In this document: positions 1-9,122 of the stretch, piece after piece
Position numbering within the stretch: the stretch's first letter is position 1
Layout: each line of letters opens with the position of its first letter
Assembly (NCBI RefSeq): GCF_000829315.1
Contig: NZ_AP013028.1
Location: 330,001 to 362,000, forward strand
Direction: 5' to 3'
Length of the DNA stretch: 32,000 nt
Source: Wolbachia endosymbiont of Cimex lectularius
GTDB lineage: Bacteria > Pseudomonadota > Alphaproteobacteria > Rickettsiales > Anaplasmataceae
Made by a program: the position numbers and the translations under genes
The notes under the pieces: model-generated
What the model saw: the letters and a program-made list of their open reading frames with translations, nothing else
Databases searched by the model: none
Told to the model about the DNA's origin: nothing

Positions 1-852
1 CTACTACTAAATAATCAAGAGCAATCTGTAAAAGAAAAAAAGTTAGAGGAGTTAACTTTGTCCTATAGTGATCAAGTACATCAGATTGCAGGCTTACAAG
101 CAGAAAATCTCTCGTTAGAAGTGAAGAATGGAAAATTGCTATCTGTGATTGAACGATCTATAACAGAGGAAGCTGAAGTGAAGAAAATGGATGAAAAAGT
201 AAGGCAAAATCAACATAAATTAATCGATCAAATAAAAAAATTGGAAGAAGCATTGAAAGAAAAAGACGCTCAGTACAAAGAGCAATTAAATGAAAATCAA
301 CATGCATTAGGGAACTTAGAATATAAATTAGAGAGCTTAGAAAGTCAAAGCACTACGGCAAAAATGCAACAACGGAAAGATAGCTCCCACCAAGCGAATA
401 TGAAATCAATGGCCAAAAGTGAAGCTGATTTATTTCAAAAAAATAAAGGAAGATTGGATAAACAGTTACAAAAAACAAAAAAAGAACCAGTTGAGCAGCC
501 AAATGAAAAACTTACACCCAATGCTTTCATGAGTTGCACTAGCAGTACTACAAGATTAAAGAATAATTTGACTACTGAGAAAAAAGCAAGTGTTGTTAAG
601 AAGCATATAAATAATCTATGTAATGAAAAATTTGTGCAGTCCTATACAAATTCTTTACCTGAAGATGCTCTGGAAAAGTCAATAAAAACTAAAGCAAAAT
701 CCTTAGACTCAAGTAATGTTCAAAAACTGGCAAAAAATATAAGCAATGAATTTACGTTACCAAAAAATACAAACAGCATACCTAACTCTTTTCTGAGCCG
801 CACTAGCAGCACCGCAAGCATAAACTCATTGAACGTTAGAGTAGGTTCTTAG
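1..852 (+). CDS. Coiled-coil hypothetical protein, 5' partial (frame is open to the window edge)
   Basis: The listed ORF starts at TTG 58, but the same frame is open from position 1 (LLLNNQEQSVKEKKLEELT...). Long K/E/Q-rich coiled-coil-like stretch. The C-terminal part holds two related motifs (NAFMSCTSSTTRLKNN and NSFLSRTSSTASINSL). Confidence 0.7.
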   Translation, partial: LLLNNQEQSVKEKKLEELTLSYSDQVHQIAGLQAENLSLEVKNGKLLSVIERSITEEAEVKKMDEKVRQNQHKLIDQIKKLEEALKEKDAQYKEQLNENQHALGNLEYKLESLESQSTTAKMQQRKDSSHQANMKSMAKSEADLFQKNKGRLDKQLQKTKKEPVEQPNEKLTPNAFMSCTSSTTRLKNNLTTEKKASVVKKHINNLCNEKFVQSYTNSLPEDALEKSIKTKAKSLDSSNVQKLAKNISNEFTLPKNTNSIPNSFLSRTSSTASINSLNVRVGS

Positions 853-2005
853 CATAAAGTAACAACTCCTCTTTCGTTAAGGAATAGGAGTTATCTCCCC
901 AATGTTGCTTTAACAACTCTAAACTTCTACCTAAACTTTTCCCCGACTGATAACCTATATTTATCAAATCATCGCCAGATAAAGGAAATTTCGGGATATC
1001 GAACACCTTAGCAAATGAGATGTATTCATCAACATTTGTTCCAGACTCAACACCACAGATTTTGACCAAATCACAATATAATTCCCTACCAAACAAGGAT
1101 ATGTATTTTTCTTGCTCCTTTTCTGAAAGCTCTGTTTTGATATCATTGGACAGTAAAAATAGCAGCTTTTTCCTTTGCTTGTTTGAAAGGCGTAAAAACT
1201 TGCTTATGTATTCTCCAAGGTTTTGCCTGTCTTCGGTAGTTTTAAGGAGCAACGCTAATTTTATTATCGCATCAGTACCAAAAAGAAGCGGTGAGGACAG
1301 AATTTTGCATTTTACTTCTTTTGGAATAATTTTTTGCAAAACATCAGATTTTTGCATGCTCTTAAGCGTTGGAGCGGGGTCATCACACTCTAGCAATTTA
1401 AACATTTCGTCTCTTATTCTCTCTCCAGAGAGGTTTTGGATCATGTGCGAATGCTTTTTGCATACGTCCAATATTTCATCACTCAAATTTCCAACGCATA
1501 TTTTTGCGTGAAAACGAAACACTCTTAAAATACGTAGATAGTCTTCCTTAATTCTATCTTCAGCATTACCTATAAAGTTTAACCTTCGCGCTTTTAAGTC
1601 CTGAGTACCACCAAAGTAGTCATATATATGGCCGTACTTGTCTGCATATAGGGCGTTAAACGTGAAGTCGCGCCTTGAAGCATCAGCTTGCCAATTGTTG
1701 GTAAACTCCACTTTCGCATGTCTACCGTCGCATTGAGTATCATACCTTAGCGTTGTGATCTCAAAAGATCTTTGGTTTAAAACTGCAGTGATAGTTCCAT
1801 GCTTTAAGCCAGTTGGAATAGTTTTTATATTGCGAAGTTTGAGCGCTTCAATCGCTTGATTAGGCAGTAGATTGGTAGCAAGGTCAATGTCGTGAATGTC
1901 ACACTGCAGAATCGAGTCCCTTACACACCCACCGACAAGCCTTGCCTCACTACCAAACTTCTCTATGGCATCAATGATTAAACTAGTTTCATGGTCAACT
2001 TGCAT
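836..2005 (-). CDS. CCA tRNA nucleotidyltransferase / poly(A) polymerase family protein
   Basis: N-terminal nucleotidyltransferase signature RLVGGCVRDSILQCDIHDIDLATNLLP, then GLKHGTITAVL and RRDFTFNALY; class II CCA-adding/PcnB-type architecture. Confidence 0.9.
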   Translation of the reverse strand: MQVDHETSLIIDAIEKFGSEARLVGGCVRDSILQCDIHDIDLATNLLPNQAIEALKLRNIKTIPTGLKHGTITAVLNQRSFEITTLRYDTQCDGRHAKVEFTNNWQADASRRDFTFNALYADKYGHIYDYFGGTQDLKARRLNFIGNAEDRIKEDYLRILRVFRFHAKICVGNLSDEILDVCKKHSHMIQNLSGERIRDEMFKLLECDDPAPTLKSMQKSDVLQKIIPKEVKCKILSSPLLFGTDAIIKLALLLKTTEDRQNLGEYISKFLRLSNKQRKKLLFLLSNDIKTELSEKEQEKYISLFGRELYCDLVKICGVESGTNVDEYISFAKVFDIPKFPLSGDDLINIGYQSGKSLGRSLELLKQHWGDNSYSLTKEELLLYAKNLL

Positions 2006-2094
2006 TTAGGTTAGTATGTATTGCAGCTCATATTACATGAAATGCAAAGCTTTTGCAAAAAGCCCTATATAAAAACATACAGGGCTATGAAGAT

Positions 2095-2988
2095 TTATTT
2101 TACAAGTGGTGATATTTGCTGCTGGCAAGATGTTACCCTTGTTTCTTTCATACCACACCTTGGTAAACTTGAAGGGCTTTGCTCTTCAGAGCGTTGAATA
2201 CATTGCTTTATATTACTAACGCACTGCTCTACAACATCACTAATTTTTCCATCAGCATTTTTTGCCAATAGCTTATCAAATGTCTTTTCAACCTCTTCTT
2301 TCTTAGGACTGTCTTTTGAGATATTACAATATCCTAAGATCTCATCTAACTGAAGTTTTTTTGCTAATAGGAAGTCTTCTTGCTCTTGTTTTGCTAAACT
2401 TTTTTTCCTATCAAGCAGTGGCTCGAAATGACTTTCACCATTATTTATTATATGTATTGTATTAACTTCATTATATTTTATATCATTTACAGGTTCAGAC
2501 TTTGACTCATTTACAATTTGATTAGTCCATATTTCTTGCCCTTCTACACTATATTTTTCAACAACGTGCAATTTTACATTATACTTCTCACAAAGTATTC
2601 TACCTTCAATGTCAGGATCACCCCATCTATTACTGTCCACAATGTTTACTACATAGTCATTTACAGTTTCATTACGACGCTGACTATTGTTATCATAACT
2701 GTTGGCAATTGCATTTGTAAACCATTCTGGCGGATTGTTTTGTGCAAATTCCCTACAACCATCTCTTAACTGCTCTACAGTAACTTTTATTCCTGTCTGC
2801 TGTTCCAGGCCTTGCCTGAATGAGTCAAAAAAACAGCTTCCATCACCAATTGCTTGTCCTACATGAAAATTATCAGGGTAAGGTTTACTACTTAAAGGAG
2901 CTATTTCTTGCCCTGAACTCTTGAGTCTTTTCGCGCTTTCAACATCGTAGAAATCACTTGGTAGTTTCCGTTTTCTAGGTGCAGCCAT
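2095..2988 (-). CDS. OTU-like cysteine protease domain protein (putative deubiquitinase)
   Basis: OTU catalytic motif VGQAIGDGSCFFDSFRQGLEQ (D-G-x-C) and a downstream His-containing strand NTIHIINNGESHFEPLL. Confidence 0.75.
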   Translation of the reverse strand: MAAPRKRKLPSDFYDVESAKRLKSSGQEIAPLSSKPYPDNFHVGQAIGDGSCFFDSFRQGLEQQTGIKVTVEQLRDGCREFAQNNPPEWFTNAIANSYDNNSQRRNETVNDYVVNIVDSNRWGDPDIEGRILCEKYNVKLHVVEKYSVEGQEIWTNQIVNESKSEPVNDIKYNEVNTIHIINNGESHFEPLLDRKKSLAKQEQEDFLLAKKLQLDEILGYCNISKDSPKKEEVEKTFDKLLAKNADGKISDVVEQCVSNIKQCIQRSEEQSPSSLPRCGMKETRVTSCQQQISPLVK

Positions 2989-3099
2989 AGCCTTTACCTC
3001 AATTTAGTTATATACTATTATATCAACAAAATTGTTAATAAGTAACTAATTAAGTATAGCAAAAATTTTTAAATTATGCAAGAATTATAAATTTATATA

Positions 3100-4200
3100 G
3101 TGAATATGAGCTTTAACTGTGGCATAGTAGGACTACCAAACATAGGAAAATCAACTTTATTCAATGCACTTACACAATCAAGTGCAGCCGAAGCTGCAAA
3201 TTATCCTTTTTGTACAATCGAACCAAATATTGGCAAAGTGCCAATAAGAGATCAACGCTTGAAGCAAATCGCAGCAATTGCCGGCTCGGAGAAGATAATT
3301 TACAATCAATTAGAGGTTGTAGATATTGCAGGCCTGGTAAAAGGTGCAAGCAAAGGTGAAGGGCTCGGTAATAAGTTTTTAAGTCATATTAGAGAAGTTG
3401 ATGCTATCGTTCATTTACTCAGATGCTTTACAGATGATGATATCAGCCACGTACATAATAAGATAGACCCAATATCAGATGCTGAAGTAGTGGAAATGGA
3501 ACTAGTCCTAGCTGATATTGATAGCATAGAAAAAAGGCTACCTCAGTTGGAAAAGAAAGCAAAGCAAGGTGATAAAGAACTAAAGAGACAACTTGATTTA
3601 ATGCAAGAAGTCTTAGCTACTTTAAAACTCGGTAAACCTGCAAGAAGCTTAGAACATATCGATAAAGATGAGATGAAGTTGCTTCAATTGCTGACAACAA
3701 AGCCCGTTATGTACGTCTGTAATGTCGAAGATACAAATATCCTAGCTGGCAATGAACTATCTAAAAAGGTAGAAAAGATGGCAGAAGAGAACAAGAGCAA
3801 ATTTTATTGTATCTCAGCAAAACTTGAAGCAGAGATTGCAAATCTTGAAGACGAAGAAGAAAAACAGAGTTTTCTGTCAGAGTTTGGCTTGCAAGAGTCA
3901 GGGCTCGATGGAGTAGCGCGCATTATGTATGAAGTGCTGAGTATGATAACTTTCTTTACCGTAGGGCCAAAAGAAGCACGTGCATGGCCAGTAAAGATAG
4001 GATCAACAGCTGATAAAGCGGCAGGTGTAATTCACACTGATTTCGAGAAAGGCTTTATAAAAGCAGAAACGATAAGCTTTGCAGACTATGTAAAATATGG
4101 AAGCGAATTAGCCTGCAAAGATGCAGGAAAAATTCGCTTCGAAGGCAGAGATTATATCGTACAAGATGGCGACATAATGCACTTTAGGTTTAATGTGTAG
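3100..4200 (+). CDS. ychF: Redox-regulated ATPase/GTPase YchF
   Basis: MSFNCGIVGLPNIGKSTLFNALTQ P-loop, NYPFCTIEPNIGKVPIRDQRL, C-terminal TGS domain (FFTVGPKEARAWPVKIGSTADKAAGVIHTDFEKGFIKAE). The likely real start is the second Met (3106). Confidence 0.97.
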   Translation: MNMSFNCGIVGLPNIGKSTLFNALTQSSAAEAANYPFCTIEPNIGKVPIRDQRLKQIAAIAGSEKIIYNQLEVVDIAGLVKGASKGEGLGNKFLSHIREVDAIVHLLRCFTDDDISHVHNKIDPISDAEVVEMELVLADIDSIEKRLPQLEKKAKQGDKELKRQLDLMQEVLATLKLGKPARSLEHIDKDEMKLLQLLTTKPVMYVCNVEDTNILAGNELSKKVEKMAEENKSKFYCISAKLEAEIANLEDEEEKQSFLSEFGLQESGLDGVARIMYEVLSMITFFTVGPKEARAWPVKIGSTADKAAGVIHTDFEKGFIKAETISFADYVKYGSELACKDAGKIRFEGRDYIVQDGDIMHFRFNV

Positions 4201-5230
4201 CGGACCTACCATTACCAACAGCAGTCTCTTTCTGAGGAGAAGGAACTTTTTTCTCTACAGTTACTTGCTTATCAAAAGCTGAACTAGGTGCATCAACAAC
4301 GATATTCTCGCGTGGCTGTGTATTTTCCTTCTCCTCACATGGTGTTTGCTGGACTAAGCATTCTCCTAAGACTTCATGTAAAGCTTTACCCCCTATAAGT
4401 ACAGCCTCGTTTTGCTTAGCTAGTTCTAAAATTTCCTTCGGTTCAACATTGCTACCGTCAATAGTTGATTTTTTAATACTAATTTGACCAGAATTTATAC
4501 TTAGAACAATAACACAGCTAAGGTCTTTCTCTGAGGTATCTTTTGCATTCCAACTGATTTCAATGTCGCATACTGCAAGCTTTGTAAAGGAGTAGTTCCT
4601 CTGTTGTTTCTCATTCTTCTCAATTGTTACTACTCTTTTGCCATTGCTATATATTTTTGCTCTTTTTACTTCGCTTTTTTCTTCTTCAATTCTTTTAATC
4701 TTTTTGCTAAAAAAGCTGCTGGTTTCCAAAGTCTGTCCAGGTTTAGTAATGTTAATATTAAGGTTCTCATGAATATTGCGGTCGTGCCCTGGACATGCTA
4801 CATGATATCCATTAAAGAAAGCTGTCAGATCACTATTTAAAAACTCTTTCGCATCATTTATCCCTTGCCCAATTCTATCTAAATATGTATTCATCCTCCC
4901 TACAAACTTCTCTTTAGCTTGATCATCACATTTCTTACTTATTATATTAATTATCTTTTCTGATTGTTTCTTGTCTTGCAGCATGGCAATAAAAAGAAAA
5001 ACGTTCTTACTTCTTCCATAGTACTTTGCTATTTTATCAAACGGATTTGCCTCTTTACCTTCATTGTAATTCATATCATATAAATGGTGGTTAAATGGCC
5101 CACCTGAGAAATCCAAACTATCAAAATCCGATAATATGCTTTGTACCTCAGGATCGTCATCAAATTTATGCTCGTCCTGAAAAATTCCCTGTACAATTAC
5201 CTTTTCTTGAGAACGTGATGAATTGAACAT
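4190..5230 (-). CDS. Hypothetical protein
   Basis: Intact 346 aa ORF, convergent with ychF and overlapping its 3' end by 11 nt; no family recognised. Confidence 0.6.
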   Translation of the reverse strand: MFNSSRSQEKVIVQGIFQDEHKFDDDPEVQSILSDFDSLDFSGGPFNHHLYDMNYNEGKEANPFDKIAKYYGRSKNVFLFIAMLQDKKQSEKIINIISKKCDDQAKEKFVGRMNTYLDRIGQGINDAKEFLNSDLTAFFNGYHVACPGHDRNIHENLNINITKPGQTLETSSFFSKKIKRIEEEKSEVKRAKIYSNGKRVVTIEKNEKQQRNYSFTKLAVCDIEISWNAKDTSEKDLSCVIVLSINSGQISIKKSTIDGSNVEPKEILELAKQNEAVLIGGKALHEVLGECLVQQTPCEEKENTQPRENIVVDAPSSAFDKQVTVEKKVPSPQKETAVGNGRSATH

Positions 5231-5312
5231 TATACCCCCTTAACATTTCCAATATAAAAGTAGTATATTTAATGTTTGTATTCTGTAAAGCTAAAATTTA
5301 GTTATGTCAACA

Positions 5313-6263
5313 CTAATAGCATAAATTCTGTGTTGTTTGCAGCTTTATCAGCTTGTTAGGCAGTATTATTAAAGAATTAGTTGAACAGACGTTATGACTA
5401 AATTTAACTCCATCTACAAGTTCACCACTTGTTACTCCAGTTGCAATGAACACTGATTCGCCTCTTGCCATATCTTTTATAGTGTAGATTTTTTCTGGGT
5501 CATCAATATTCAAACTTTTTGCTCTTTCTTTTAACTGATCCGTGTCAAATATTAATCTTCCCTCCATCTGTCCACCGATTGAGCTCAACGCTGCAGCCGC
5601 AAGCACTCCTTCTGGTGCTCCCCCAATGCCAATGTACGTATCATGATTGCCATTCACTAGTGAAACTACAGCAGCAATATCACCATCATCTATTAGTTTA
5701 ATTTTTGCGCCTAATCTCCTGATTTTTGCTATTAATTCATTGTGCCTTTCACGTTTAAGTATAGTTACTGTCAGATCACTTACTTTACATCCTTTTGCCT
5801 TTGCTAGATTGTCTAGATTCTTCTCAATACTATTTTTTAATGAAACTACACCTTCTGGAAGATTTTTTCCTACCGCTATTTTTTCCATATAAACATCAGG
5901 TGCATATAAAAAATCACCTCTTTTTGTTGCAGCAAGAACAGACATTGCTCCTTGTTTATAATGAGCGCAAATTGTAGTGCCTTCGAGTGGGTCAACAGCA
6001 ATATCAATCTCAGGGCCACTTCCTGTGCCAACTTTTTCCCCGATATATAGCATCGGTGCTTCGTCCCTCTCCCCTTCGCCGATCACAATCGTACCATTCA
6101 TTTCCATGGAGTTTAGCACCGTCCGCATCGCATCAACTGCAACCTGATCAGCCCTTTTTTCATTACCAAAGCCTACCAACTTATGTGCAGCAAGCACTGC
6201 AGCTTCAGTCACTTTGACTAATTTGTAAGCTAAATCTTCTATCATTTGCTCGAGATAAAGCAT
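5313..6263 (-). CDS. glpX: Fructose-1,6-bisphosphatase class II (GlpX)
   Basis: GTIVIGEGERDEAPMLYIGEKVGTG, DIAVDPLEGTT, GIGGAPEGVLAAAAL; full-length. Confidence 0.95.
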   Translation of the reverse strand: MLYLEQMIEDLAYKLVKVTEAAVLAAHKLVGFGNEKRADQVAVDAMRTVLNSMEMNGTIVIGEGERDEAPMLYIGEKVGTGSGPEIDIAVDPLEGTTICAHYKQGAMSVLAATKRGDFLYAPDVYMEKIAVGKNLPEGVVSLKNSIEKNLDNLAKAKGCKVSDLTVTILKRERHNELIAKIRRLGAKIKLIDDGDIAAVVSLVNGNHDTYIGIGGAPEGVLAAAALSSIGGQMEGRLIFDTDQLKERAKSLNIDDPEKIYTIKDMARGESVFIATGVTSGELVDGVKFSHNVCSTNSLIILPNKLIKLQTTQNLCY

Positions 6264-6357
6264 TCAATATACATTATGCCACTTGAAACTGCAAGATGTC
6301 TTGACTGATTGCGGGGAAGTTGATATAATAAACTAACATATAGTAGTAGGTTTAGTT

Positions 6358-7365
6358 ATGGCATATAGTGATGATGATATTCAAGAGTTATACCAAAAGA
6401 TAGCTACAATTATACGATATGATAATAAAGGAACCGCTAGTCTTAAAGACTTACTAAAAAAGTCAAAATGGGAAGAAGTTAATTTTCAAGATAAATGTGA
6501 AGGAGGCCATTCACTAGGAAACTTACTTCTAAAATATGCAGCTGAAAATAATAACTCACGTGTTAAGAATTTTTTTCTTAACAACGGATTTACTCTTCCT
6601 GGGCAAGAACAAGTAGCTGAAGCGACGAATGAGGAAGAGGAGGAAGAGGAGCAAAAGATACCTGATATTGCAGAAAATAAAGTGGAAACCAGCTCGGAAG
6701 ACTCTAGTAACTCTAGAGATGCTCAATTTACTACATCATATGATAAGATAAAGGAAATTGTAACTCAAAACCCTAATATAACTGCTGAAGAGTTTTACGA
6801 AAAGTTAAAAAAAGAGGTAAAAGCAAGTACAGATAAAGAAAGAGATACAAAAATTTTTGATTCATTTGCAGATGCTGTCCGTTCCGGAGCGAGTATTACC
6901 GATAACCGTAGTGTATTTCTAAAGATTGCTGAATTGTTTACAGACTTAGATACTGTAATCCATTTGAAAAGTCTGGCTTTCAAGACTATATTGGATATAG
7001 CTGTAGAAAGTGAACAAGCCGATGTTGTAGAGATACTTTTAGAAAGCGGCAAGTTTAATGAAGAAGAAAAATTGCAAGCTTTGAATTCTGCTATTGTTCA
7101 AGGCAATATTCAAGGAGCTCAATCATTTTTAGGTCACATAGAATATGAAAAGACGTTAGGAGTTCTTAATACGCTGAAGACTACAGTTCTTCACAGAGAA
7201 AAAATTGAAGGTATGAGGCAGTTCTTTTCATATAACAAGAATCTAACTAAAGAAGAAAAAGCTCAGACTCTAATTGATGCTGTCATGAGTTATAATGTAT
7301 CAGAAGTTAAGCGACTTTTAGAGTATATGGTAGGCATACCAGAGACTAGTATGGAGGTCTTTTAG
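6358..7365 (+). CDS. Ankyrin-like repeat protein (Wolbachia-type accessory protein)
   Basis: 335 aa; ankyrin-like segments LAFKTILDIAVESEQADVVEILLESGKF and QALNSAIVQGNIQGAQSFLG. Its N-terminal module recurs in the downstream IS-disrupted paralog. Confidence 0.6.
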   Translation: MAYSDDDIQELYQKIATIIRYDNKGTASLKDLLKKSKWEEVNFQDKCEGGHSLGNLLLKYAAENNNSRVKNFFLNNGFTLPGQEQVAEATNEEEEEEEQKIPDIAENKVETSSEDSSNSRDAQFTTSYDKIKEIVTQNPNITAEEFYEKLKKEVKASTDKERDTKIFDSFADAVRSGASITDNRSVFLKIAELFTDLDTVIHLKSLAFKTILDIAVESEQADVVEILLESGKFNEEEKLQALNSAIVQGNIQGAQSFLGHIEYEKTLGVLNTLKTTVLHREKIEGMRQFFSYNKNLTKEEKAQTLIDAVMSYNVSEVKRLLEYMVGIPETSMEVF

Positions 7366-7521
7366 AAATAATGAAACAGAGGCAATCGTCACTTAAAGAA
7401 GAAGGCGGTAAATAGTGCTCAAAAACTAATGCAATAATTCGGCTACTTGAACTAGCGATAAACAAGAAAAAAGAGGAACAAAGCACAAAAGAAAACGGAG
7501 CAGCGTCCAGCAGCAATATTG

Positions 7522-9121
7522 GAGGCGTTGTGAGTACTGATCAAACTGACTCACTAAATATTGATAATGATGTTAAAGATTTATATGAAAGCATAAATAA
7601 AACTATAACACTTGCAATTCGCCAAGTAGTGAAGTCACTAGTCTTGAAGATTTGCAAAAGAGACTAAAGAGAAAGATTAATTTTCAAAATAAATACACAG
7701 GAAGTGATTTATCAATAGGAAACCTGCTTTTGGAGCTCGCAACGAAAAATGGTCACCCTCACGTTAAGAACCTGTTTAAAATCTTCGTAACAGGAGAGAA
7801 ATGAAGGAGAGGACTATCATCTGTAAGCTAGTGTTGAGCTTCCGCTCGCAATTTTTCCACAATCGCCTGCACTTTTCTAACCAGGCAAAAGAGCGTTCAA
7901 CAACCCATCTTTTTGGCAATACGACGAAAGTGTGTAACTCACTTCGCTTTATTACTTCAACAGTCGCACCAATGATAGCTTTTATTTGTGTTGCAAAATT
8001 TTCTCCTGTGTAGCCAGCATCAACCAGTATGTTTTTAACTTCAGAGAGGTTTGCTTTAGCATTTTCGACCATTTTCACAGCACTGCTACGGTCAGTTGCT
8101 TCTGCCGTTGTTACATAAATTGCATGTGGCAAACCTTGTGTATCAACTGCAATATGGCGCTTTATCCCCGAAATCTTTTTACCTGCATCATAGCCTTTTT
8201 TTTCAGCAGTATCTGCGTTTTTAACGCTTTGAGAATCAATTATACAAAAGCTAGTTTTCTCTTTCCGACCATTGCTGATACGGACCTCTCCAACTAATTT
8301 TTTTTAAGACTAATTCCAACAAGCTTGGCTCTTCTCCATTCTTTTTACTCCACACTCGAAAATAGTAATATACGCTTTCCCATCTTGGAAAACCCTTTGG
8401 TAACATCCTCCACTGACAACCACTTTTTAAGACGTACAACACCCCACAAAATACGTCATACAAATCAAGTTTTCTTGGTTTTGTTTTCTGCTTGCTACTC
8501 TCCAAAATTGGCCTGATTTTTTCAAACTGCTCTTGACTTATATTACTTGGATAACTTTTCTGCATAGACACCTCATTATTAATCTATGCTTACTTTACCT
8601 CACATTTCCAAGATTTTAAACAGGTTCTAAGAAATTTTTCCTTAAGAATGGATTTACCCTTCCTCAACAAGAGCAGGTAGCTGCAGTGGCAAATGAGGAA
8701 GAGGAGCAAAAACACACCTAGTGTAAAAGAAAATAAACCAGCGCCTCCCACACCAACAGAAGAAACAGATACAGGCCCAATTCCTATATCAAGCGGTGGT
8801 AATAATTCTCACGGCTTCACAAATCCTCAATTTTCTCCGTCAAATGAAGAGGAAACTAAATATAAAGAAAGCAAGGAAAATTTTCATATCTCATTAAGGA
8901 ATGATGTTATTGGAGTTGTTATTACAGGGTTATTCATTGCTGCCGCTGTGATGGTTCCATCTATAGCTGGTGCAGCGGTTTGTGGTATTGTAGCTGCTTT
9001 AGCTCTAGTAGCTACTGGGTTACACGTAAAAGATTCTACATTGCCAAGTTATAAAGAGATGAAAGAAGTTGAACTTACGAAACAAAGTTACCGTGCTACA
9101 GTAAACAACGCTGGAATCTAA
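7522..9121 (+). pseudogene. Paralog of the upstream ankyrin-like gene, frameshifted and interrupted by an IS5-family element; includes the 142 aa ORF 8693..9121
   Basis: Removing the IS and one TAA duplication gives SLEDLQKRLKRKINFQNKYTGSDLSIGNLLLELATKNGHPHVKKFFLKNGFTLPQQEQVAAVANEEEEQK, which aligns with upstream SLKDLLKKSKWEEVNFQDKCEGGHSLGNLLLKYAAENNNSRVKNFFLNNGFTLPGQEQVAEATNEEEE. A frame change follows before the C-terminal hydrophobic ORF. The start coordinate is approximate. Confidence 0.75.
7768..8627 (-). mobile_element. IS5-family insertion sequence, copy 1 (860 bp), two-ORF transposase
   Basis: 18 bp terminal inverted repeat GAACCTGTTTAAAATCTT at both ends. TAA flanks both sides (7765-7767, 8628-8630). 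ORFs 8251..8571 (N-terminal) and 7776..8132 (C-terminal). Confidence 0.95.
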
Positions 9122-9122
9122 T

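Noticed and set aside
1020-1511. 163 aa plus-strand ORF
   Set aside because: Antisense shadow of the well-supported CCA-adding/PcnB-like gene, with no recognisable domain.
5519-6217. Several small plus-strand ORFs of 60-81 aa
   Set aside because: Antisense to intact glpX with no domain evidence.
7801-8516. Small antisense ORFs (70, 103, 63 aa) repeated at each IS copy
   Set aside because: They recur only because the IS recurs, and they oppose the transposase frames; no independent support.
7768-8627. Considered the copy 1 two-ORF transposase as simple decay
   Set aside because: Four of five copies show exactly the same frame arrangement (ORF ends 439 nt apart), which fits a native two-frame transposase, possibly expressed by programmed frameshifting, better than independent decay.
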